A program made the translations under genes and the position numbers. Shown one piece after another: positions 1-6,970 of a stretch of 11,097 nt of DNA. Source of the stretch: Bdellovibrionia bacterium (GTDB lineage Bacteria > Bdellovibrionota > UBA1018); contig JBMSSC010000092.1 of assembly GCA_049424145.1 (NCBI GenBank), forward strand, positions 1 through 11,097, given 5' to 3'. How positions within the stretch are numbered: the first letter of the stretch is position 1; every line of letters begins with the position of its first letter. The notes under the pieces were generated by a model, which was given only the letters and a program-made list of their open reading frames with translations, had not been told where the DNA came from and did not search any database.

Positions 1-357
1 CCAGGGTTCTGTGGCTTCTGCTAGCCAGTCGTTAAAAGGACAAGCAATGAGGCTTGAGATGAATGAAAATGTAAAAGCGCTCCAGATAAAAAGGATCACT
101 CGCATCGCCCACGAGAGAATCCAGGCCAGTTTTCCCTCAGGATTGAATCCCAGTTTTAAAATCAGTGTCGAGAGAAAGGAGAGTGCCTGAGTCTGTACGT
201 TTGAAAAAAAAATGGAGTAGAAAACCAAAGTAAGTCCGATCGGAATAATGCTGATCAGGATCAGTTTGGGTTTTCTTACGATGATGCGAAAAGCCATCCA
301 GGGAAGAAAAACCCCGTCTAAAAAAGAGCGAGTTTGAATAGTCAGGCGATGGATCAT
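1..357 (-). CDS. CysZ/EI24-family membrane protein, N-terminal part (continues off the left end of the window)
   Basis: Translated by hand from ATG at 357; open for 119 codons to base 1: MIHRLTIQTRSFLDGVFLPWMAFRIIVRKPKLILISIIPIGLTLVFYSIFF...VILFIWSAFTFSFISSLIACPFNDWLAEATEPW. It has hydrophobic helices, and IACPFNDWLAE resembles the CysZ/EI24 motif IAAPFNxLLAE. Not in the ORF track because there is no stop inside the window. Confidence 0.8.
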   Translation of the reverse strand, partial: MIHRLTIQTRSFLDGVFLPWMAFRIIVRKPKLILISIIPIGLTLVFYSIFFSNVQTQALSFLSTLILKLGFNPEGKLAWILSWAMRVILFIWSAFTFSFISSLIACPFNDWLAEATEPW

Positions 358-364
358 TTTTTTT

Positions 365-373
365 AAGCTATCA
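365..373 (-). promoter_or_regulatory. Putative extended -10 promoter (TG-A-TAGCTT) 7 nt upstream of the CysZ-like ATG
   Basis: The minus strand reads ...aaaagTGaTAGCTTaaaaaaaATG, with no Shine-Dalgarno between the element and the ATG. Confidence 0.4.
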
Positions 374-420
374 CTTTTCTGTCTAAAAATCTTTTCTGAT
401 TTGGTTCAGGCTTCTTCTGC

Positions 421-452
421 AAAGCACGAAAAAAGTAAAGCACGAAAAAAGT
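421..452. repeat. Perfect 16-bp tandem direct repeat (AAAGCACGAAAAAAGT x2)
   Basis: 421-436 and 437-452 are identical. They lie in the divergent intergenic region. Confidence 0.9.
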
Positions 453-716
453 TCATCCACCTTCTTTGAAGGTCAGTACTTTTTTTTTCGACCTTTGGTG
501 GAGTTTTTTACTCGTCTTCGAGTGCTCAGTGGGTTCGTAGTGTTCAATCTAGGTAGAATAAATAAGTTGACTGCTTCCCTAAAAACGCGATAAAACTGGG
601 ACGTCTGCTTTATTCGTAGGTTAATGATTCGATTTAAATCAGTTGAAACCCAAAAGACTATGGCCCACTTGAGGTCATCTGATTTTGAAGAATGAACGCA
701 AACAGGGGGGAAAATC

Positions 717-1451
717 ATGAAACCATTCACACTCGCAGTGTGTTGGATTGCTTTGTGCTTGGGGCACTCGGCAACTGCATCACTTATGGTGAGTCCTACG
801 TGGGGAGATCTGACTGCAGAAGATCAGCAGAAAGTCACGGCAGGTCAGTTAGTTGAACTTTATCGAAACTATGAGGGCAACTCCATTGTTTGGCCCAGAT
901 CCACGTTCTTTAAAAAAATAGATGCAACGCCGGAAGAAGCCGTGGCTCTCTTTTTTGACTTCAATCATCACAGCGACTTTTTACCTTTTGTTTTATCCTC
1001 AGAAATCTTAAATGAAACTGGGAATTCAGCTGAGGTGGATTACAAAGTGACTCTTCCTAGCTTTCCTTATGGTCTTGCTCAAGAAGGGTATACGCTCAAT
1101 TATCGGGTGAATTCCTATGATCACAATAACATCTATAGCGTGTCATGGCACATGACGCGTTCCGGTGGGTTTACGGGCTACTCTGAGGGAAGCTTTACGG
1201 CAAAGCCATTGGTTGGGGGTGGCACATTGGTGATCTACGATCAATTTGCCCAGCCGCGATCTGGGATGAGCTCACTTGTGCATCAACATCAAGTGGTGGA
1301 GATGGAAAAAGTGACCCAAAAAGTGACGGCTCTGATCTTGTTTGCTCGGATTGAAAAAGAAGGAGCTCTTCACTCCGTCTTGTTGTCTGAGCAAGTGCAA
1401 GCTTTGCGTCAAGTTCTGCAGTCCAGTAGTTCAAATGAGTATCCATTTTAA
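717..1451 (+). CDS. Secreted SRPBCC/START-fold (polyketide cyclase-like) protein, paralog 1
   Basis: 244-aa ORF with a G-rich RBS (ggggg) upstream and a signal peptide (MKPFTLAVCWIALCLGHSATA). IDATPEEAVALFFDFNHHSDFLPFVLSSEIL matches the SRPBCC pattern I-x-A-x-P-E-x-V...D-x-x-x-x-x-x-F-x-P. It also has a SEGSF...GGGTLVIY strand and a C-terminal helix. Confidence 0.75.
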   Translation: MKPFTLAVCWIALCLGHSATASLMVSPTWGDLTAEDQQKVTAGQLVELYRNYEGNSIVWPRSTFFKKIDATPEEAVALFFDFNHHSDFLPFVLSSEILNETGNSAEVDYKVTLPSFPYGLAQEGYTLNYRVNSYDHNNIYSVSWHMTRSGGFTGYSEGSFTAKPLVGGGTLVIYDQFAQPRSGMSSLVHQHQVVEMEKVTQKVTALILFARIEKEGALHSVLLSEQVQALRQVLQSSSSNEYPF

Positions 1452-1473
1452 TCAATCCAAGGGGGGATCTTCA

Positions 1474-2178
1474 ATGCGAAAGCAGAAAAGCGGTGTGCTC
1501 GGTGTGCTGGGAATGATAGCTTCGGTCATCTCTCTTTCAGCTCATGCTGGAATGGGGATGGAGGAGTTCAATCAATTAACCTTAGCTGAGAAGCAGATGG
1601 TGGAAGACGGTGGTCAGGTGGCTCATTTTGGAAATGAAAAGCCCTGGCCCTTTGTCGTGATTTTTCAGAAAATCAATTCGACTCCTGAGGAAGCAGCAGC
1701 CGTGTTCTCGGATTATGCCAATCATGTGAACTTCATTCCCAATATGATTAAGTCAGCTCCGACGCCAGTGAGTAAGACGGTTTCCAATGTCTATTATCAG
1801 GCTAAACTCCCCTTTCTTCCAGCTTGGGTGGGTGGCGTGGAAAGTTACTTGGTTCGAGATGAAGTAATGGCCTATGATGATTTTCAAAGCTTTCAAGTGA
1901 GCTGGAGTCTGATTCCAGGCCACGGTGAGACGGTGAAAAGCTCCGAGGGCCGAGCTCGCTTTGAGAGCATGGGCAATGCAACCTTGTTAGTTTACAATAG
2001 CGCGATTGTGCCCAATCGCTTTGGAGTGGATGTGGGATTTGTAGTGGAAGGTGCCAAAGACACCATGAGAAAAGGCGTTGAAGCGATTGTCCGACGTGTC
2101 GAAACGCTGAAGGCAGAGAACAATCCTCTGTTGAAAACCGAGATTGAGAATTTGAGAAAATCCTTCAGCTTTGAGTAA
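1474..2178 (+). CDS. Secreted SRPBCC/START-fold protein, paralog 2
   Basis: Start moved from 1342 to the ATG at 1474 (RBS aagggggg; removes the overlap with the upstream gene). Signal peptide MRKQKSGVLGVLGMIASVISLSAHA. Motifs INSTPEEAAAVFSDYANHVNFIPNM and SEGRARFESMGNATLLVY. Colinear with paralog 1. Confidence 0.75.
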   Translation: MRKQKSGVLGVLGMIASVISLSAHAGMGMEEFNQLTLAEKQMVEDGGQVAHFGNEKPWPFVVIFQKINSTPEEAAAVFSDYANHVNFIPNMIKSAPTPVSKTVSNVYYQAKLPFLPAWVGGVESYLVRDEVMAYDDFQSFQVSWSLIPGHGETVKSSEGRARFESMGNATLLVYNSAIVPNRFGVDVGFVVEGAKDTMRKGVEAIVRRVETLKAENNPLLKTEIENLRKSFSFE

Positions 2179-2208
2179 GGTTTTAAAACAAATCTGCTTA
2201 AGAAAATG

Positions 2209-2258
2209 AACCCTCCCTGTGAAGACCGCCAGAGAATTCGCAGGGAGGGTTTTGTTTT
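2209..2258 (+). terminator. Rho-independent terminator between convergent genes (possibly bidirectional)
   Basis: Stem AACCCTCCCTGTGAA (2209-2223) pairs with TTCGCAGGGAGGGTT (2237-2251), with one G-U pair. Followed by a T-rich tract and preceded by an A-rich stretch. Confidence 0.8.
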
Positions 2259-2270
2259 ATGTCCGGATTC

Positions 2271-2897
2271 TCAACGGTTTAGATCGGATTCGTTTTTGAC
2301 TCCCTGAAACTCAATGGGCAGAAGAAAAGTCCTCTTCTTCCTCTGCAGTAGAGATGAAATTCCCTGAAAAGGAGCCGCCTTCGTAACTGCGTCACAAGCC
2401 AGTTGGTCCAGTTCGTCCGAACCGCTGGATTGATGCACGCGGCATTGAAGTGCTTCGCCGTCCGCTCCGAGTTCAAAAAAAACGCGCGTTGTGCCGGTGA
2501 GGCCTTTTTTCATCAAGGATCGAGGATACACAAGGACGGCATTGATTTGGGATTGAATCCGATGAACTTCCTCCCACTGATCGCTTGAAAACGAGAATTC
2601 TTCGGATTCAGTTCTCACATTCCCGCTGCTGGGCTCTGCTTGAGCTTCAAGCTCTGGGCTAGGAGGCTTCGAAGTCAAGGAGTCCGCCAGAGGAGGCTCT
2701 TTTTTAGGCACTCGACGAGCCGGATGGGTCTTTTTGGTCTGTTTCAGGGGAAACTCTCGAGGAGCGTCCCAGAGTCCGATCCAAGGCAGAAGAGCAGGAA
2801 CAGCCTGAGAACGTTCAGAGCGAGAGGCCCCCTGCAGAAGGAGACAAAAGATCACAAGCAGGTGGATGAGGGTAGAGAGGAGGAAAGCCTGGCGCAT
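2271..2897 (-). CDS. TonB-family energy transducer (N-terminal TM anchor, Pro/Lys-rich linker, TonB C-terminal domain)
   Basis: Likely start is the ATG at 2897. TM helix AFLLSTLIHLLVIF has the S-x3-H motif, followed by a P/K/E-rich linker and the C-terminal YP...KGLTGTTRVFFELGADG...VHQSSGSDELDQLA...AAPF...LPIEF. Confidence 0.85.
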   Translation of the reverse strand: MRQAFLLSTLIHLLVIFCLLLQGASRSERSQAVPALLPWIGLWDAPREFPLKQTKKTHPARRVPKKEPPLADSLTSKPPSPELEAQAEPSSGNVRTESEEFSFSSDQWEEVHRIQSQINAVLVYPRSLMKKGLTGTTRVFFELGADGEALQCRVHQSSGSDELDQLACDAVTKAAPFQGISSLLQRKKRTFLLPIEFQGVKNESDLNR

Positions 2898-2914
2898 GGT
2901 TCTGGAACCCCAAA

Positions 2915-3649
2915 TTACGGAAGCGCCTCGAGTTCTTCTACGCTCTGGCATAAAAACGGAGGACTCGTTTTGAGCTCCTGAGCGAGAGTTGAGCTGGACT
3001 CCGCTCGGTAATGGTGTCCAGGTAAAAGAATCGTATTTTTTGGTAGTTTTTTAATTCTCTGTAGCGAATCAAACATTTGCCGCGTGCTGCCTGTCGGTAA
3101 ATCGGTTCGACCGCAATCCCGAATGAACACCGTGTCGCCGGAGAGGAGGTAAGGGGGATCGCCAGGAACCCAATAGCAGCACTCCCCCAAGCTATGGCCT
3201 GGGGTGTGATAAACTTGGATTCCAATTTTTCCAATGTGCAGAATGTGCCCTTCTTGAACGAGTTTGATCTGTGCGGTGTTCATGACCGGATCGGGGAGTC
3301 GATGCAGTTCGTCGCGGTGAACCCGAACAAGAAGGTGGGGATGAGTTCGGATTAGGGTGCTTAACCCTGCAATGTGATCGAAGTGAGTGTGAGTCAACAG
3401 GACATCGGTTAAGTGAAAGTCATATTTTTTTAAAAAATTCAGAGGAAAAAGAAGGTCGGCCTGCGGGTCAACGATGGCCGCTTTTTTCTCCTCCCAGTCG
3501 AGAACGAGATAGACAAAGTTTTGATAATCCCCAATCTCATATTGGATGATTCGGGCGCCCGAGCGTTCTGAAAGGTCAATCATGATGAGCAGTGGACCAT
3601 TTTTTTTGCCAACAGGCAACTCCGCATCCTGAAGGGTACTCTGGATCAA
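2915..3649 (-). CDS. MBL-fold metallo-hydrolase, glyoxalase II/YcbL-like
   Basis: Motifs THTHFDH (HxHxDH), HTPGHS, LLSGDTVF..CGRTDLPTG and LPGH. Start uncertain: TTG at 3649 overlapping the upstream TGA, or ATG at 3583. Confidence 0.9.
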   Translation of the reverse strand: MIQSTLQDAELPVGKKNGPLLIMIDLSERSGARIIQYEIGDYQNFVYLVLDWEEKKAAIVDPQADLLFPLNFLKKYDFHLTDVLLTHTHFDHIAGLSTLIRTHPHLLVRVHRDELHRLPDPVMNTAQIKLVQEGHILHIGKIGIQVYHTPGHSLGECCYWVPGDPPYLLSGDTVFIRDCGRTDLPTGSTRQMFDSLQRIKKLPKNTILLPGHHYRAESSSTLAQELKTSPPFLCQSVEELEALP

Positions 3650-3879
3650 GGAGGGGGTAGGCGCCGCGAGTCCTCCAACGCTCGTTGAGTGAGAAGGAAG
3701 GCTCCTAGGCCCAAAAAAAGAGCCAATCGCACCGGGTTTTTCACGATCCGGCTGCGTAAATCAAGGGCCCTTTGAATTGCCTGGGCCGAATGTTTCGAAG
3801 CTAATTCAAATCGTGCCGTGTCTTGGTGAAGTTGTTCCTCGAGGTGTGCTTTTTGTTTTTCCAAGTCTCTCAGGTTCAT
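3646..3879 (-). CDS. Small coiled-coil protein with a C-terminal TM segment, YqjK-like
   Basis: Likely ATG at 3879 with AAGGA upstream. MNLRDLEKQKAHLEEQLHQD...RIVKNPVRLALFLGLGAFLL gives a helical N-terminus and a hydrophobic tail. The family call rests on architecture only. Confidence 0.55.
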   Translation of the reverse strand: MNLRDLEKQKAHLEEQLHQDTARFELASKHSAQAIQRALDLRSRIVKNPVRLALFLGLGAFLLTQRALEDSRRLPPP

Positions 3880-4020
3880 GAACTCTAAGTCCTTTGAAGG
3901 GGATGGAATGAAAAATATGACAGGGGCTCGCCTCTCCAGTGGGAGGGCTCCGAGTGATTGAAAGCCGCTCAAAAGCCCTCCGAACCTGTGGAGTCGTGAA
4001 AGTCACTCTGGCCTGCGAGG

Positions 4021-4284
4021 CTAAGACGTCACGTCTTTGCCCTTATACTCCGGCTGAAATGAGTTTTTATAGAGGTAAAAACCAATGGCTCCTAGGGTGG
4101 CTAAAATGCCCACCACGCTGAGCGCTTTGCCTGAGTTCTGGGTCAGCCAACCCCGAGCTTCATGATACGCTTGAGTGACGTTTCCTGAGGCTTGGGTGGC
4201 CACTTTTTTTGCCCTGAAGCGGATTTCTGAAATTTCGGGTTCTGCTGCCTCTTTGGATTCTGGTGCGATGGGTTGGGTCTGCAT
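4021..4284 (-). CDS. ElaB/YqjD/DUF883-like tail-anchored membrane protein
   Basis: ATG at 4284 with a strong AAGGAG RBS. It has a helical Ala/Lys/Glu/Gln-rich body, then ARGWLTQNSGKALSVVGILATLGAIGFYLY, resembling the 'xxyVxeNPwxavgiaagvG' tail of DUF883 proteins. Confidence 0.6.
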   Translation of the reverse strand: MQTQPIAPESKEAAEPEISEIRFRAKKVATQASGNVTQAYHEARGWLTQNSGKALSVVGILATLGAIGFYLYKNSFQPEYKGKDVTS

Positions 4285-4363
4285 GAATTGAGTCTCCTTC
4301 TCGGGCCGTGTGTTGCAATCAGTGTTCCCCTGTACTACACCTGAAGTCTGGAGGTGGTGGATC

Positions 4364-5500
4364 ATGCCCAAATCAAAGGTCATTTCAGCAGGATCGGCGT
4401 GGGCTCAAGGAAGTTACGCGCTTCAACCGCATGTGCAAATCCCCGAGCACTCGTATGAAGAAGAACATGGAAGGCAGGGTTTTTTTGGTCGAGTGAGTCA
4501 CCTCTATCACCGGCACCCTCCCACCGGCTGGCTTCGAATTGAAGGCCCGCTTCAGCCTCGCGCGTACTCCGTGACTCGCCTCTTAGGAGAAGATCAAGCG
4601 CAGCCTCAGGTTTTTTTGAAAAACTCAGACGTTCAGTTGGGGATTGCCAAGTTTTCCCAAGACATGCAGGTATTCATTCGCAATGCGGATGGAGATGAAG
4701 TTCGGTTTGTGCACGAAGGCCAGGGCGTTTTAGAGACCGACTACGGAGATCTGACGTATCAAAAAGGCGATTATCTCATTCTTCCTCGCGGCACAACCTA
4801 TCGATTCACCACGCAGTACCCCAATACTCACTTGGTCATTGAGTCTCACTCTGAGATTCAGCTTCCGGAGCGGGGAATGCTCGGGCGACATGCTTTGTTT
4901 GATCCCATGGTGATGAGAACTCCGCTTCTTCCGGAGAAAGAAAGAACGACGGGTGCCAATGCGGCTCACGAATTTGAGCTCCGCATTAAGCGTCAAGGGG
5001 AGTGGACGCGCGTCTTTTATCCCTGGAATCCGATGAATGCGTTGGGGTGGAAAGGGGATCTTTGTCCATCCGCGCTCAGTGTGAATGACATTCGCCCTGT
5101 GGTTTGTCCTAGCTTTCACTTACCGCCCAGTGTTCATACCACTTTTGTGGCTCGAGGCTTTGTGATTTGCTCGTTTTTGCCCAGACCCTTGGAGTCGGGC
5201 AAAGGCGTTATGAAGGTCCCCTTTTATCACCGAAACATTGATTACGATGAAGTGCTTTTTTACCATGCAGGGCAGTTCTTCTCTCGAGAAGGGATTTCCT
5301 CAGGGTCTGTCACTTGGCATCCCCAAGGCATTCACCACGGTCCTCACCCCAACGCCGCTAAAAATGCAGAGGATCAAACCGAGACCCAAGAAGTAGCAGT
5401 CATGGTCGATACCGCGCAGCCCCTCAGTGCAACTCCCTTGGCTCAGTCTGTTGAGTTTCAAGAGTATGCCATGAGCTGGCGAGCGGATCAGAAGCGCTAG
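4364..5500 (+). CDS. hmgA: Homogentisate 1,2-dioxygenase
   Basis: ATG at 4364 with a GGAGG RBS. Motifs YEEEHGRQGFFG, LYHRHPPT, RNADGDE, GDYLILPRG, PPSVHTTF, FVICSFLPR, VPFYHRNIDYDEVLFY, HPQGIHHGP and EVAVMVDT, including the Fe-binding H/E/H residues. Confidence 0.92.
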   Translation: MPKSKVISAGSAWAQGSYALQPHVQIPEHSYEEEHGRQGFFGRVSHLYHRHPPTGWLRIEGPLQPRAYSVTRLLGEDQAQPQVFLKNSDVQLGIAKFSQDMQVFIRNADGDEVRFVHEGQGVLETDYGDLTYQKGDYLILPRGTTYRFTTQYPNTHLVIESHSEIQLPERGMLGRHALFDPMVMRTPLLPEKERTTGANAAHEFELRIKRQGEWTRVFYPWNPMNALGWKGDLCPSALSVNDIRPVVCPSFHLPPSVHTTFVARGFVICSFLPRPLESGKGVMKVPFYHRNIDYDEVLFYHAGQFFSREGISSGSVTWHPQGIHHGPHPNAAKNAEDQTETQEVAVMVDTAQPLSATPLAQSVEFQEYAMSWRADQKR

Positions 5501-5521
5501 GAGTAGCGGAGAGCTACTCCT
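5499..5521. terminator. 9-bp perfect inverted repeat at the convergent ends of hmgA and the 82-aa gene
   Basis: AGGAGTAGC-ggaga-GCTACTCCT overlaps both stop codons. There is no U-tract, so terminator function is uncertain. Confidence 0.4.
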
Positions 5522-5762
5522 TGGTCTTCAGTTGAGAGTCATTGGCTTGAATAAAAGCTCGAATCTCCTCGCTCATGTCTAAAAGCTTGGACCATTGTTC
5601 TTTGTAGAGTGTGACCGGAAAACGTCCCAGCCCATAGACGGATAGGCCACCTTTTTCGCTGACTTTCAGGGAAAGGCCTCTTTGAGAAGTTTTCTTTAAC
5701 GCTTGATTCTCAGCGCGAAGCCGTTCGAGTTCTTGTTTCATGTCTTCGGAGTGATCAGTCAT
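5514..5762 (-). CDS. Small hypothetical protein (N-terminal coiled coil plus KVSEKGGLSVYGLGRFPVTLYKEQW domain)
   Basis: 82-aa ORF with an AAAGGA RBS, 14 nt downstream of the cinA stop, and protein-like composition. Confidence 0.85.
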   Translation of the reverse strand: MTDHSEDMKQELERLRAENQALKKTSQRGLSLKVSEKGGLSVYGLGRFPVTLYKEQWSKLLDMSEEIRAFIQANDSQLKTKE

Positions 5763-5776
5763 GGATTTGGTCCTTT

Positions 5777-6970
5777 CTAGTGGGTGGTGTGCTCGAGCCA
5801 GTCACACCATTTCTTGAGGGCAATTTCTACAAAATAATGGCGCGCCCGGTCGATGAGTTCAGGCTTTGAGTAAGGGGATTGCAGCACGTCCTGATGAACT
5901 CGGGATCGATTCCTCAGGCCAATGCAGGCTCGTCCTTCCTGGGTTCCTCCCAGGACTAAGGTGATCGAGTCAGGATCCGCTCGCTCTAAGACTTCCTGAA
6001 CGAAGCTGGTGGGGTGCTCCAGGGGGTTCCATTGGGTCACAAAAGAGAAGGCCAGGGCTTGTGGCTGACGGGGCCTAGGCAGCTGTCGAAGCAGGGTTCC
6101 TAAACGCTCAGCCAGGATTCCCCCTGAGGAGGCATCAATCACCTCGATGTCCTCATGACCTAAGAGTTTGTCGATCAGCTCTTGAGCCAGGTTTTTCCCC
6201 TGCTTAGAGAGCGCCCAAGGTGCAAGGGCTCGATCCAAGGCATCAATCCACTTTTGATTCTGAGGGAGTTGGCTTTCTTCACACCACACCTTCACTTCAA
6301 CGATGGGGCGATGAGCCCGATATCCTGTTTTAAGAGAGGATCCCTCAATTGTGGCTTCAGTGAGTTCGCCAAACTCTGCCTCGGTTCGTCCTGTGCAATT
6401 CCAACTGAAAACTTTCAGTGGCTTGAGTTGCGGCAGGAGGGCTCGAATCATTCCCTCCACTCCTTGGTTCCAGACGCTTTCGACCTCACGCGGAGGCCCA
6501 GGAAACACCCAGATTCGTTTTTTCGTGCCGCGGATCAAGCTACTAAAACCTGCTGCGGTGCCCTCTGGATTAGGGATGATGTCACAGCCTGAGGGAAAAT
6601 AGCATTGCCTCTGATTGGATTCAGCAACCGGAACTCCAAGCGAGTGCAGTCGGTGTTCAATGTCTTGCCAAACCAGATCATGAAACTCCAGGGGCTCATT
6701 GAGCCATTCTGCCACCACATTGCGCGTGAAGTCATCGGTGGTGGGCCCCAGTCCGCCTGTAACGAAGATCAACTGGCTCATGCTCTTGCATTGCTCCAGG
6801 GCTTTTAAGATCAGCTCGTGATCGTCTGGGACGGTCTGTTGCATCAGCACTTCAACGCCCAGGCCGGCAAGCTTTTCTGAGATCCAGGCCGCATTCTTGT
6901 TCATGATTTGGCCAGTGGTCAGTTCTGTTCCCACCGTGAGAAGGGTGGCTTTGGATTCTGTTGAGTGCAT
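5777..6970 (-). CDS. cinA: Competence/damage-inducible CinA-family protein (MoCF/COG1058 N-terminal domain intact; C-terminal PncC-like domain degenerate)
   Basis: Motifs VGTELTTGQIMNKNAAWIS, VPDD, TGGLGPTTDDFT, N.RQ, NPEGTAAG and PGPPRE. The start overlaps the upstream stop (TAATG at 6970). Confidence 0.85.
   Translation of the reverse strand: MHSTESKATLLTVGTELTTGQIMNKNAAWISEKLAGLGVEVLMQQTVPDDHELILKALEQCKSMSQLIFVTGGLGPTTDDFTRNVVAEWLNEPLEFHDLVWQDIEHRLHSLGVPVAESNQRQCYFPSGCDIIPNPEGTAAGFSSLIRGTKKRIWVFPGPPREVESVWNQGVEGMIRALLPQLKPLKVFSWNCTGRTEAEFGELTEATIEGSSLKTGYRAHRPIVEVKVWCEESQLPQNQKWIDALDRALAPWALSKQGKNLAQELIDKLLGHEDIEVIDASSGGILAERLGTLLRQLPRPRQPQALAFSFVTQWNPLEHPTSFVQEVLERADPDSITLVLGGTQEGRACIGLRNRSRVHQDVLQSPYSKPELIDRARHYFVEIALKKWCDWLEHTTH

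Noticed and set aside
567..596. TTGACT...TAAAAC sigma70 promoter for the SRPBCC pair
   Set aside because: Good -35, but an 18-bp spacer and a -10 lacking the conserved final T. Too weak to call.
631..640. 10-bp palindrome GATTTAAATC
   Set aside because: Short and AT-rich, so it is expected by chance.
473..730. 85-aa minus-strand ORF
   Set aside because: It lies across an AT-rich divergent promoter region, overlaps the 717 start and has no recognisable motif or RBS.
1342..1473. N-terminal extension of the second SRPBCC ORF
   Set aside because: It overlaps the upstream gene. The RBS and signal peptide point to the ATG at 1474.
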